Position numbers and translations under genes: made by a program
The notes under the pieces: model-generated
What the model was told of the DNA's origin: nothing
Databases searched by the model: none
Seen by the model: the letters and a program-made list of their open reading frames with translations, nothing else
Origin: Centroscyllium fabricii
Taxonomy: Eukaryota
Direction of reading: 5' to 3'
DNA: 64,000 bases
Assembly (NCBI GenBank): GCA_051313645.2
Contig: JBNRSN020000003.1
Location: 557,752,001 to 557,816,000 of the forward strand
Shown here: in pieces, positions 24,523 to 36,479 of the stretch
How the letters are laid out: each line of letters starts with the position of its first letter
Numbering within the stretch: the first letter of the stretch is position 1

Positions 24523-26121
24523 ACTGTCTACCATCCTCCAGTCTGAAAAACAGCCATTTACCACAACTCGCTGATTTCTGTCCTTAAACCAATTCTTTAT
24601 CGAAGCTGCCACTGACCCACCCATTCCACAAGCCTTAATTTTGTTAACCAGCTTTCCATGTGATACTTTGTCAAACGCATTCCTAAAATCCATGTAGACA
24701 ACATCCATTGCATTCTCTTCATCAATCCTCCCTGTTACTTCATCAATAAATTCAATTAGATTAGTCAAACACAATCTGCCTTTTACAAACCCATGTTGGC
24801 TCTCCTTAATTAGCTTAAACCTCTCCAAGTGCCCGTTAATTTTTTCCTTGATTATTGTTTCTAAAACTTTACCCACCACTGATGTTAACTGACCGGCCTG
24901 GAGTTACTAGGATTATCCTTAAACCCTTTCTTGAACAATGGTGTCATATTTGCCACTTTCCAATCCTCAGGCACCTCTAGGGAAGATTGGAAAATTATGG
25001 TAAGCCCTTCCGCTGTCTCCTCCCCCAATCCCATAGCAACCTGGGATGCAAGCCATCTGGACCAGGTGACTTACCCAGTCTTTCTAGTACATCCTGTCCA
25101 TCAATTTTCACCCCTTCAATTGCTTCTACCTTTTCCACTGCTATCGATATTTTGTCAGCATCGACCGATACAAAGTACTCATTGAGTATTCTAGCCTTGC
25201 CCTGTGCCTCTAAGCATAGATCACCTTCTTTGTCTCTAATAGGCCCCTCCCCACCTCTTACTACTCAGTTACTGTTTACATGCCGGTGGAAGATTTTTGG
25301 GTTCCCTTTTATGTTAACCACCATTCTACTCTCATATTCTCTCTTTGCCAATCTTATTTTCATCTTCACATCCCCTCTCAACTTATCGTATTTGGTCTGG
25401 TTCTCCCTTGAAGAATTCACCTGACGTGCATCATACTCCCTCTTTTTTTGTTTCATCATCTTCTCTATCTCCCTCATCATCCAAGGAGCCCTTGCTTTGG
25501 TTCCCTTACCCTTCCCTCTTGTTGGAATGTACCTCGCTTGTACTTGGAACATCTCCTCCTTAAAGATCTCCCATTGTTCCATTACAGCTTTCCCTGTCAG
25601 TCTTTGGTTCCATTTTACCTTGGCTAGATCCTTTCACATCACATTGAAGTTAGCCCTATTCCAGTTTAGAAGTTCCATTCTAGATTGTTCCTTGCACCTC
25701 TCCATTGCTAATCTAAATCTTATGATACGATGATCACTCGTACCCAAGTGTTCTCCCACAGACACTTGGTCGACCTGGCCCACCTCATTACCCAGCACCA
25801 ATGCCTCCTTCCTAGTTGGGCCAAGAACATACTGGTCAAGGAAATTCTCCCGAGCACATTTCAGAAATTCCTCCTCCGGCTTTCCCTTTACCCTAGCATT
25901 ATCCCAATCGATATTTGGGTAATTAAAGTCCCCTAATATCACCACTCTATAGCTCTTGCATATCTCTGTGATTCCCCTGCAGATTTGTTCCTCTACCTCC
26001 CTCTCACTATTTGGAGGCCTGTAGAATACCCCAATAGTGTGATCAGACCCTTTTTGCTCCTCAACTCTAACCAAATGGATTCTGTCCTTGTTCCCTCAAG
26101 AACATTCTCCCTTTCTAACAC

Positions 26122-28594
26122 AATTCAATTCAATTCAAGTTTTATTGTCATTGCAGAGTACTAGTACAATACAACGAGACGAAGACTCGACTCTCCCGAG
26201 AGTAGTGCAAACAAAATAAATAAATTACATGAAAATTGCATACAGTAAAGTTCATTATCAGGCGTGCAGGTACCGGAGTTTCTTTTTAGAGTTCAGGAGG
26301 CTGACAGCCCTGGGGAAGAAGCTGTTCTGAAATCTAGTCGTGCGGGTGCAAATTGCTCTGTAGCGTCTCCCGGAGGGCAGAGGGGTGAACAGACTGTGGC
26401 TGGGGTGTGTGGGGTCTTTAATAATGTTCATAGACCTCCGTAAGCAGCGTTTGAGGTAGATGCTTTCCATTGACGGTAGCTGTGTACCGGTAATTCGTTG
26501 GGCAGTTTTGACTACCCGCTGCAGGGTTTTCCGGTCCGAGATAGTGCAATTACCATACCAGACAGTGATGCAGCTTGTCAGTATGCTTTCTATTGTGCAG
26601 CGGTAGAAGTTGGAGAGGATGCCGGATGACAGCCTGGCTTTCTTCAGCTTCCTAAGGAAGTACAGGCGCTGTTGGGCCTTCTTAACCAGAGAGGAGGTGT
26701 TTAGTGACCAGGAGAGATCTTCCGAGATGTGGACCCCGAGGAACTTGAAGCTGGACACCCTTTCCACCTCAGCCCCTTGGATGAAGATGGGGGTGTGTCT
26801 TCTGCTTCCAGTCCTCCGGAAGTCCACTATGATCTCCTTGGTTTTCTTGGTGTTCAGTGCCAGGTTGTTGTCGGCACACCAACCCACAAGGCGCTGGATC
26901 TCATCCCTGTAGGCTGACTCGTCGTTGTTGGTGATCTGGCCAACCACCGTGGTGTCATCCGCGAACTTGATAATCGTGTTGGAGCCATGGACAGCCGCAC
27001 AGTCGTGAGTGAAGAGGGAGTAGAGGAGGGGGCTGAGCACACAACCTTGTGGGGCCCCCGTGTTCAGGGTAAGGGGGGGGGAAGGTGAGGTTGCCTAACT
27101 TCACAGACTGTGGTCTGTTGGTTAGGAAGTCCAGGGTCCAGTTGCAGAGGGAGGTGTTCAGGCCGAGGGTGAGGAGTTTGGTAGACAATTTGCTGGGGAC
27201 GATGGTGTTGAATGCTGAGCTGTAGTCAATAAACAGCATTCTGATATATGTTTCTTTGCTATCCAGGTGGTTTAGTGCAGAGTGAAGAGCCGTAGTGATA
27301 GCATCCTCTGTAGATCTGTTCCCACGGTAGGCAAACTGGTATTGGTCCAGGGTGGCGGGGATGCTGGCTTTGATGTGGGCCAGGACCAGCCGCTCGAAAC
27401 ACTTCATGATAATGGGTGTAAGTGCAACAGGGCAGTAGTCATTCAGGCACGTCACGGCCGTTTTCTTGGGCACAGGGATGATGGTGGCGGTTTTGAAGCA
27501 GGTAGGGATAGCTGCCTTCGCCAGTGACAGGTTGAAGATGTCAGTGAAGACTTCAGCCAGTTGGTCGGCACATTCTTTGAGTGCCCGGTCGGGGATGCCA
27601 TCAGGACCCGCGGCCTTCCGTGCGTTCACTCTACGTAGAGCACCTCTAACGTCGGAACAGGACAGTGTTAATGGCTGGTCTTCTGGTGATTGCAGGACTT
27701 TGGTGGCTGGCTCCTTGTTGTCCCTGTCGAAGCGAGCGTAGAAGTTGTTGAGTTCCTCCGGTAGGGAGGCATCGCCGGTCGGGGGGCTGGTGTTTCTGCA
27801 CTTGTAGTCCGTGATGGACTGTATGCCTTGCCACATACGTCGAGGGTCCGAGTTGTTGAGAAAGTGTTCCTCTATCTTCAGTGTCTGGTTTTGTTTGGCA
27901 TACCTGATACCCCTCTTTAGGTTGGCCCTGGCTGTGCTGTAAGCCGCCACATCCCCAGATTTGAAAGCTGTGTCACGCGCCTTCAGCAGCGAGCGGACCT
28001 CACCGTTCATCCAGGGTTTCTGGTTGGGGAATGTCTTGATGTTTTTTTGGGTAGTGACCACCTCGACACAGCTGTTGATGTAAAAAAGCACTGTGGATGC
28101 GTATTCCTCGATGTCCGTGTGAGCGAACATGCTCCATTCAGTGCGTTTGAAGCAGTCTTGTAGCTCCGAGACTGCCCCTTCTGGCCATACCCTGACTGTT
28201 TTGGTTGAAGCTTTCACCCTTTTGATGAGTGGTTTGTATGCTGGGGCGAGGAACAGTGAAAGGTGGTCGGAATTCCCGAGGTGGGGGCACGGGATGGCTT
28301 TGTAAGCCTCTGCAATGTTGGTGTAGACCTGGTCCAGCGTGTTCTCGCCCCTCGTGGGGCAGGAGACATTCTTGTAAAATTTTGGTAGCACCGATTTGAG
28401 GTTAGCGTGGTTGAAGTCCCCCGCCACGATAAAGGCTCCCTCCGGATGCGCGGTCTGCTGCTCACTGATGGCCCTGTGGAGATCTTTGAGTGCCAGTTTG
28501 GCATTTGCGTGTGGAGGGATGTAGACCGCAGTGAAGATGACGGCCGTAAATTCCCGAGGCAGGTAGAAGGGTCTGCACTTTACAGTGAGGAATT
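26122..28594 (-). mobile_element. Rex1/Babar-clade LINE, copy 2
   Basis: Near-identical to copy 1, with a different 5' truncation point and different flanks. Confidence 0.92.
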
Positions 28595-28919
28595 GTCTTC
28601 CTTAACCAGCACTGCCACCTCACCCCCCTTTTTTCCTTCCCTATCTTTTCTGAACACCTTGTAGCCTTGAATATTAAGTGCCCAGTCCTTACCGTTTTTA
28701 AGCCACGTTTCCATTATTGCCACATTGCTAATTTTGTTTGTTGCTCACCAACCTTATTCACCACATTTTGTGCGTTTACGTACATGCATTCTAAACCCAT
28801 TTATGAATTTTTCATAGTCTTTCTTAGTTTTCTCCTAATATGGTACTACTTCCGCCTCTGGTACTACTTTCTTCTCTAGTACTATCCAACACATTCACTC
28901 TTCTATGCACCGTATTCCT

Positions 28920-31900
28920 TGTGGTAAACCACTGTGTTGTATATATATGTATTACATCTATAACCTGCTATGACCCTTTCTGTATGTATATAGTTCTCCC
29001 TGTACAGCTTGTCTGGGCATGCCCGTGCTGACTCCGCCTGTGGCTCCTCCTCCCTGGACCAGGTATAAAGGTGACTGTCTCCCTCCCCCCGATCATTCCG
29101 GGAGCAGTTGACTAGCTGGGGTATGCCCATGTCTTAGCGAATAAAAGCCTTTTATTCACCACGTAACTTCTCGTCTCCGAGGTTATTGATAAGGTATCAA
29201 TTTTATTCGCTAAATTTCATCATGGAGCTAATGCTAAAACCAGCGACGTTAGAACTGGATCCCCAAACACCAGGCTCATCTAATACGTTTACGCACTGGT
29301 TTAACTGCTTCGAGGCGTACCTCGAAGCCACCGCGTCTATCGTCCAGACGGACAGAGACAAGCTGCGCCTTCTCAACGCCCAGGTGGGCCCCCAGGTATA
29401 CTCAATAATCGCGGACGCCACGTCCTATACCGAGGTGGTCCGAATCCTGAAGGCCGAATACACCCGGGCACCGAACATCGTTTACGCCAGACACCTCCTG
29501 GCCACCAGAAAGCAGCAACCCGGGGAATCGGGCGTGGAATTCCTACGAGCGCGGAGAGTCCTCTGCCGGGCCTGCAACTGTAAGTCACAGACGGCCTTGG
29601 TGCACTCCGAAAGCCTCATCAGGGACGCTTATGTCACCGGCCTCAGGTCAGACTACATCAGGCAGAGACTGTTGGAGCAGAATGGCCTGGACCTGCAGGC
29701 GACAATTGAAATGGCAAATTCGCTGGACTTAGCGTCCCATAATATGGCCGCTTACTCCTCTGACCACGCGGGCACATCGCGGACGCCGCCATCTTGGACG
29801 CAGCCGGCCGCATTGCGACCAGCGGAGGAGATGACTGCAGCAACAACCCCCAAAGGCCCAAAGTGCTATTTCTGCGGTCAGGCTCAGCACCCCAGGCGAA
29901 ATTGCCCGGCAAGAGACGCGGCCTCCTCCAAGTGCGGAAAGAAGGGCCACTATGCGAAGGTATGCAGGGCGGCGGCACAATCGGCTTCCAAACCTGGCAG
30001 CGCCGCGTGTGGCCTGTGGGGGCAGCCATCTTGGGCACAGCCATCTTCAACACAGGCCGCCGCGTGGGAGCAGACGCCATCTTGGACACAGCCATCTTCC
30101 ACACAGCCTGCCGCGTGGCGGCAGCCATCGTGGGACCAGGCCCCAGACCTCTCAACCGACCCGATACTGGCCTCCATCACCCTCGACCAGAACAGGAGCC
30201 AGCCCCTCAGCAGATCGATGATGACGGTGCAGGTGAACGGGAAAAGCACGGACTGCCTTTTCGACAGTGGGAGTACGGCGAGCTTCATTCACCCAGATAC
30301 GGTAAAGCGCTTCTCCCTAACAGTCACTCCGGCTAGCCAAAAAATTTCGATGGCTTCTAAGTCCGAATCTGCGGTCGCTGCGTAGTGACCCTGACAGTGC
30401 GGGGAGCGCACTTTCAAAATTTTAAATTATTCGTGCTGCCGCAGCTCTGCTCTCCCTTACTGCTGGGCCTCGATTTTCAGTGTCACCTCCAGAGCGTGAC
30501 AATGGCGTACGGTGGGCCCCTTCCCCCGCTCACGGTCAGCAACCAGCGCTTCCCGCAGCACCCACAGCGCGCTACCTGTGGCCTCTCGACCCTTAAGGTC
30601 GCCCCTCCCTCACTCTTCGCCAACCTCACCCCGGACTGCAAGCCCGTCGCCACCAAAAGTAGGCGCTACAGTACTGGGGACAGGGACTTCATTAAGTCTG
30701 AGGTGAAACGGCTCCTGAAGGAAGGGGTCATCGAGGCCAGTAATAGCCCCTGGAGGGCGCAGGTAGTAGTGGTAAAGACCGGAGCCAAGCACCGAATGGT
30801 CGTTGACTACAGTCAGACCATTAATCGGTTTACGCAGCTAGATGCGTATCCCCTCCCCCGCATAGCGGATATGGTGAACCAGATCGCTCAGTATCGGGTC
30901 TTCTCGACCATCGATCTAAAGTCTGCGTACCGCCAGCTTCCCATCCCCCCAGAGGACCGCCACTACACTGCTTTCGAGGCAGACGGCCGCCTCTATCACT
31001 TCCTCAGGGTTCCGTTTGGTGTCACCAACGGGGTCTCGGTCTTCCAAAGGGAGATGGACCAAATGGTTGATCAGTACGGACTGCGGGCCACCTTTCCATA
31101 TCTTGATAATGTTACCATCTGCGGCCACGATCAGCAGGACCATGACACTAACCTCCAGAAATTTCTCCACACCGCCAAAAATTTGAACCTGACCTATAAC
31201 ATGGAAAAATGTGTGTTCAGGACAACCCGCCTCGCCATCCTCGGCAGTGTTGTGGAGAATGGGGTCATCGGTCCCGACCCAGACCGCATGCGCCCCCTCC
31301 TGGAGCTCCCCTTCCCCCACTCCCTCAAGGCCCTGAAAAGGTGCCTGGGGTTCTTTTCTTATTATGCCCAGTGGGTCCCCAACTATGCGGACAAGGCCCG
31401 CCCACTTATTAAATCAACCTCCTTTCCCCTGTCGGCAGAGGCCCGCACGGCCTTCTGCGGCATAAAACAAGACATTGCAAAGGCCGCGATGCACGCTGTG
31501 GACGAGTCCGCCCCGTTCCAGGTAGAGAGCGATGCGTCCGACTTTGCCCTGGCCGCCACCCTTAACCAGGCGGGCAGACCCGTGGCCTTCTTCTCGCGCA
31601 CCCTCCAGGGCCCCGAGACCCGACACTCTTCCATTGAGAAGGAGGCCCAGGCCACTGTTGAAGCAGTGCGACACTGGAAGCACTACCTGGCCGGCAAACG
31701 ATTTACCCTGCTGACTGACCAACGCTCAGTCGCTTTCATGTTCAACAACAAAGAGCGGGGTAAAATCAAGAACGACAAGATATTAAGGTGGAGAATTGAG
31801 CTCTCTGCTTTCAATTACGATATCTTGTACCGGCCCGGGAAATTCAATGAGCCCCCAGATGCCCTGTCCCGCGGTACATGTGCCAGCGCACAAGTGGACC

Positions 31901-33407
31901 GTCTCCAGACCCTGCACAACGACCTCTGCCACCCGGGGGTCACCAGGTTTGTCCCATTTATCAAGTCCCGCAACCTCCCTTACTCCATTGAGGAGGTCAA
32001 GACCATGACCAAGAACTGCCGGGTCTGTGCAGAGTGCAAGCCGCACTTCTTTCGGCCGGACCGGGCGCACCTGATCAAGGCCACCCGCCCTTTTGAGCGA
32101 CTCAGCGTCGACTTCAAAGGGCCCCTCCCCTCCTCCAACCGCAACGTTTACTTTCTGAACGTCATTGTCGAGTACTCGCGGTTCCCCTTTGCCATCCCCT
32201 GCCCGGACATGACCTCCTCCACGGTCATTAGGGCGCTGCACAGCATCTTCTCCCTGTTCGGGTATCCCAGCTACATCAATAGTGACCGGGGGGCCTCTTT
32301 CATGAGTGACGAGCTGCGTCAGTTCCTGCTCGCCAAGGGCATCGCCACGAGCAGGACTACCAGCTATAACCCCCGGGGGAACGGGCAGGTAGAGAGGGAG
32401 AACGCCATCGTCTGGAAGGCCATCCTATTAGCCCTGCGGTCTAAGGGCCTCCCAGTCTCCCGCTGGAAGGACGTCCTCCCCGAAGCGCTCCATTCCATTC
32501 GGTCACTCCTATGTACGGCCACTAACGCCACCCCTCACGAGCGACTTTTTGCCTTCCCTAGGAAGTCGGCTTCAGGGACCTCGCTGCCGTCTTGGCTATC
32601 GTCCCCAGGACCCGTCCTGCTCCGGAAGCACGTGAGGGGCCATAAGTCGGACCCCCTGGTCGAACGGGTCCACTTCCTGCACGCCAACCCCCAGTACGCC
32701 TACGTGGCGTACCCTGACGGGAGGGAGGATACGGTGTCCATCAAGGACCTGGCACCCTCGGACGCTCCCGAGATCAGTAGGACCCACCAGCCCGCACCCC
32801 CCCCCCGCCCACCGCCACCTTCGGGGCACCAACATCACGGTACGTCATACCCCTCGAGGCACCAGCACCACGGTACGCCCACCCAGCACCTGCAGGCAGC
32901 ACAGTATGGCCCCCTAACCTACGCACCCGCCAGCCGGATGACGAATGGGGGAGCGCGCCTGTGACAGTTACTGCAAGGGGCCCCGCATCGGAGCAAGCAC
33001 CATCGCCGACACCCCCACCGCCGACTGTGCGCCGCTCGACAAGGCAGACCAGGCCACCCGACAGACTGAACATTTAATGGTTGCACAGCATTTACCCCGC
33101 CGGACTTTATTTTAAACAAGGGGTGAATGTGGTAAACCACTGTGTTGTATATATATGTATCACATCTATAACCTGCTATGACCCTCTCTGTGTGTATATA
33201 GTTCTCCCTGTACAGCTTGTCTGGGCATGCCCGTGCTGACTCCGCCTGTGGCTCCTCCCCCCTGGACCAAGTATAAAGGTGACTGTCTCCCTCCCCCCGA
33301 TCATTCCGGGAGCAGTCGACTAGCTGGGGCATGCCCATGTCTTAGCGAATAAAAGCCTTTTATTCACCACGTAACTTCTCGTCTCCGAGGTTATTGATAA
33401 GGTATCA
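28920..33407 (+). mobile_element. Full-length Gypsy LTR retrotransposon (4488 bp)
   Basis: 280-bp LTRs at 28920-29199 and 33128-33407, TG...CA ends, TSD TTCCT, purine tract AAGGGGTGAA before the 3' LTR; 7 LTR differences counted by eye. Confidence 0.96.
29222..32964 (+). pseudogene. Gypsy gag-pol, frameshifted near 30380
   Basis: Gag with CCHC knuckles, protease LFDSGS, then a frame change to pol (RT RVPFGV..YLDN, RNase H SDAS, integrase HHCC/DDE). Confidence 0.88.
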
Positions 33408-33489
33408 TTCCTCTTTTGTACTCCTATACGCTGGTGCCCATCCCCCTGCCACGCTAATTTAAACCCTCCCCAACAAGCACTAGCACATT

Positions 33490-34680
33490 AAAAAAAATTT
33501 TTTTTAATGGGATGTGAGCGTCGCTGGCAAGGCCAGCATTTATTGCCTATCCCTAATTGCCCTCGAGAAGATGGTGGTGAGCCACCTTCAACCGCTGCCG
33601 TCCGTGTGGTGAAGGCACTCCCACAATTCTGTTAAGGAGGAGGTTCCAGGATTTTGACCCAGCGATGATGAAAGATCGGCGATATATTTCCAAGTCAGGA
33701 TGGTGTGTGACTTGGAGGTGGTGGTGTTCCCATGCGCCTGCTGCCCTTGTCCTTCTAGGTGGAAGAGGTGCTGCCGAAGAAGTCTTGGACGAGTTGCTGC
33801 GGCGCATATCGTAGATGGTTCGCACTGCAGCCACGGTACGCCGGTGGTGGTGGGAGTGAGTGTTTACAGTGGTGGATGAGGTGCCAATTAAACAGTTTGC
33901 TTTGTCGTGTATGGTGTCGAGCTTCTTGAGTGTTGTTGGAGCTGCACTCATTCAGGCAAGTGAAGAGTATTCCGTCACAGTGATGATGAAGGAACGGCGA
34001 TAGAAGTCCAAGTTAGGATGGTGTGAAGAATTGAAGGGGAACTAAGAGGTGATGATGTTCCCAGGCACCTACTGCCTTTGTCCTTCTAGGTGGTGGAGGT
34101 CACGGGTTTGGGAGGTGCTGCTGAAGAAGCCTTGGTGAGTTGCTGCAGTGAATCTTGTAGATAGTAGGCACTAGAGTCATGGTATGCCTGTGGTGGGGAG
34201 GTGAATTTTTAGGCTAATATATGTAGTATTGATCAAGCGGACTGCTTTGTCCTGGATGGTGTTGAGCTTTTTCAGTGTTGTTTCAGGTTCACCCAACCAA
34301 GCAAGTGGAGAGTATGCCATCCTTCCATCACTTCGCTGATGACTGAGTGTGGGGTGACAGGGTGGTATGTGGCTAGGTTGGATTTGTCCTGCTTTCTGTG
34401 GACTGGACACACCTGGGCAATTTTTCATGTTGTCAGGTAGATGCCAGTGCTGTGGGTGTACTGGAAATGCTTGGCTAGGTATGCGGCTAGTTCAGGAACA
34501 CAGGTCTTCAGCACTACTGCCGGGATATTGTTGAAGCCCCTAGCCTTTATTGTGTCCAGTGCACTCAATCATTTTTTGATGTCACGTGAAGGGAAACAAA
34601 TTGGCATTTGTCCTGTTGGAGACCCCAAAAGGAGGCAGAGAAGGATAATTCACTCAGCATTTCTGGCTGAAGATGGCATA
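33490..34680 (-). mobile_element. Non-LTR retrotransposon fragments (same family as 16190-16803)
   Basis: MSAAPTTLKKLDTI and YSPLAW translations, appearing twice. Confidence 0.65.
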
Positions 34681-34699
34681 TGTCTTCACAAAAACAGAT

Positions 34700-36320
34700 A
34701 CTGCCAATGTCACAGTAAAGGAGGAGGGGGTAGATCAATTGGATAGGATAAATAGATAAAGAGGAGGTACTTAAAAGATTGGTAGTGTTTAAAGCAGAAA
34801 AGTCTTCCATCCTAGGTGGCTGAGGGACGTATGGGTGGAAATAACAGAGGCTCTGGCCGCAATCTTTCAATTCTCTTTGTATATGGGAGTGGTGCCAGAG
34901 GACTGGAGGGTTGCAAATGTTATACCCCTGTTCAAAAAGGGAGAGGGATAAACCCAGTAACTACAAGCCTGTCAGCCAAACGTCAGTGGTGGGGGAAGCT
35001 TCTAGAGACAATAATCCTGGACAAAATTAACTGACACTTGGAAAAACATGGGTTAATTGACAGCCAACACAGACTTGTTAAAGGCAAGTCGTGTCTGAGA
35101 AACTTAATTGAGTTCTTCGATTAAATAACGGAGAGGGTCGATGAAGGTAATGTAGTTGATGTTGTGTATATGGACCTTCAAAAGGTGTTTGATAAAGTGC
35201 CAAATAATGGCCCAGAAATTCGGGTCGGAGGCTTCCCGCGAGTGTAAGCCTCCAACCTGCACTTACCCAGCGCTCCGGCCGTTGAGCTGTGGGCCTGCGT
35301 GGAATTCCGATGCGGGGCCCTCCTGAACTGCCGGAGCGCCGCGCTCCCGGATCCCAGCAGCGAAGATAGTGCAAAGGATCGCGCGGGATCACGTGGGCCA
35401 CGGAGAGCCAATTGGAGCACAGAATGCTCCATTCATAAGTTTGACAGGAAGACCTGTCAAACGTATGAAAACTACAAGCCCCAAAACATCACTAAATCTT
35501 CAAATACATTTTTTTTAAATCACATTTTTAAAAATAATTATCAATGACATTAAATAAACTATTTTAAACAATAATGTAAATTTTTGAAAAAATTAATTAG
35601 TTTTGAACGGGGCTAAAAATAAACTTACCTTTCTTTAAAGTATTTAAAAAGAAAAAACCTGTGGAAAAAATGTTTTAAATTGAATTAATTCACCACTTAC
35701 CTTCTGAAAACCAGTCTTTACACATGAAAATATCAGACGTATCTTTTTCCTTACTTACCCGCACACAGACCTGCAAAAAAAAAAAATCAGAAGTGCGTTG
35801 CGCACGCATTCCGACCCCTGACCCCTTCTGTCGGGTGATCGGAAGTGCCGGTTTCGCGCGCATGCACTGTGCATGCACGAAACTGACACTTCGGATGGGC
35901 CTATGGGTGAGTACCCCGCGTGTACTCATGCGTTGGGACTGGAATTTCTGGGCCATTGGACTTGTTAGCAAAATTGAAGCCTATTAGATGAAAGGGACAA
36001 TGGCGACATGGATATGAAATTGGCTGAGGGACAGAAAGCAGAGAGTAATGGTGAATGACTAGACTGGAGGGAAGCATGTAGTGGGATCGCCCAGTGGGCA
36101 GTATTAGAATCACTGCTCTTTTTGATATAATGAGCTGGACTTGGGGATAGGAGGCACAATTTCAAAGTTTGTAGGTGGCACAAAACTTGTAAATGTAGTA
36201 AACAGTGAGGAGGATAGTAGCAGTCTTCAGGAGGACATAGACTGGTGAAATGGGCAGATGATATTTAATGCAGAGAAGTGTGAAGTGATGCATTTTGGGA
36301 AGAAGAATTTTAAAGAGGAT
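34700..36320 (+). mobile_element. Degraded CR1 RT fragment interrupted by a MITE
   Basis: Frameshifted WRVANV, YMD.QK.FDKVP and KCEVMHFG motifs. Confidence 0.7.
35209..35954. mobile_element. MITE with perfect 13-bp TIR GGCCCAGAAATTC (Harbinger-like)
   Basis: TIRs read directly; interrupts CR1 coding sequence; paralog of 16989-17711. Confidence 0.85.
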
Positions 36321-36479
36321 GCAGGAACAAAGAGATCTGGAATTTCTCCCAAGCACTGCCACTATCAAAGGACTTTTGACAAGAGACCAAAGAGCAGATA
36401 CCCACCCAATGCTCTGAGGCACCGGGAAAAACAAGGAAAAAATTCCAAACGATATGTTTAGGCTGTGCCAAATGTTATA

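Larger units (their letters stand above)
20110..33480 (-). mobile_element. Long CR1 LINE host split by four nested insertions (pieces 20110-21127, 24523-26121, 28595-28919, 33408-33480)
   Basis: RT ORF 20329-21127 continues at 24523-25600; the endonuclease (GVFYRPPNS, GDFNYPNIDW) lies at 25634-26074; sequence resumes across each insertion. Confidence 0.82.

Noticed and set aside
30360-30400. Programmed gag-pol ribosomal frameshift
   Set aside because: The break falls inside the protease domain with apparent loss of residues, so a deletion in this copy is more likely; the nearby AAAAAATTT was not considered sufficient evidence
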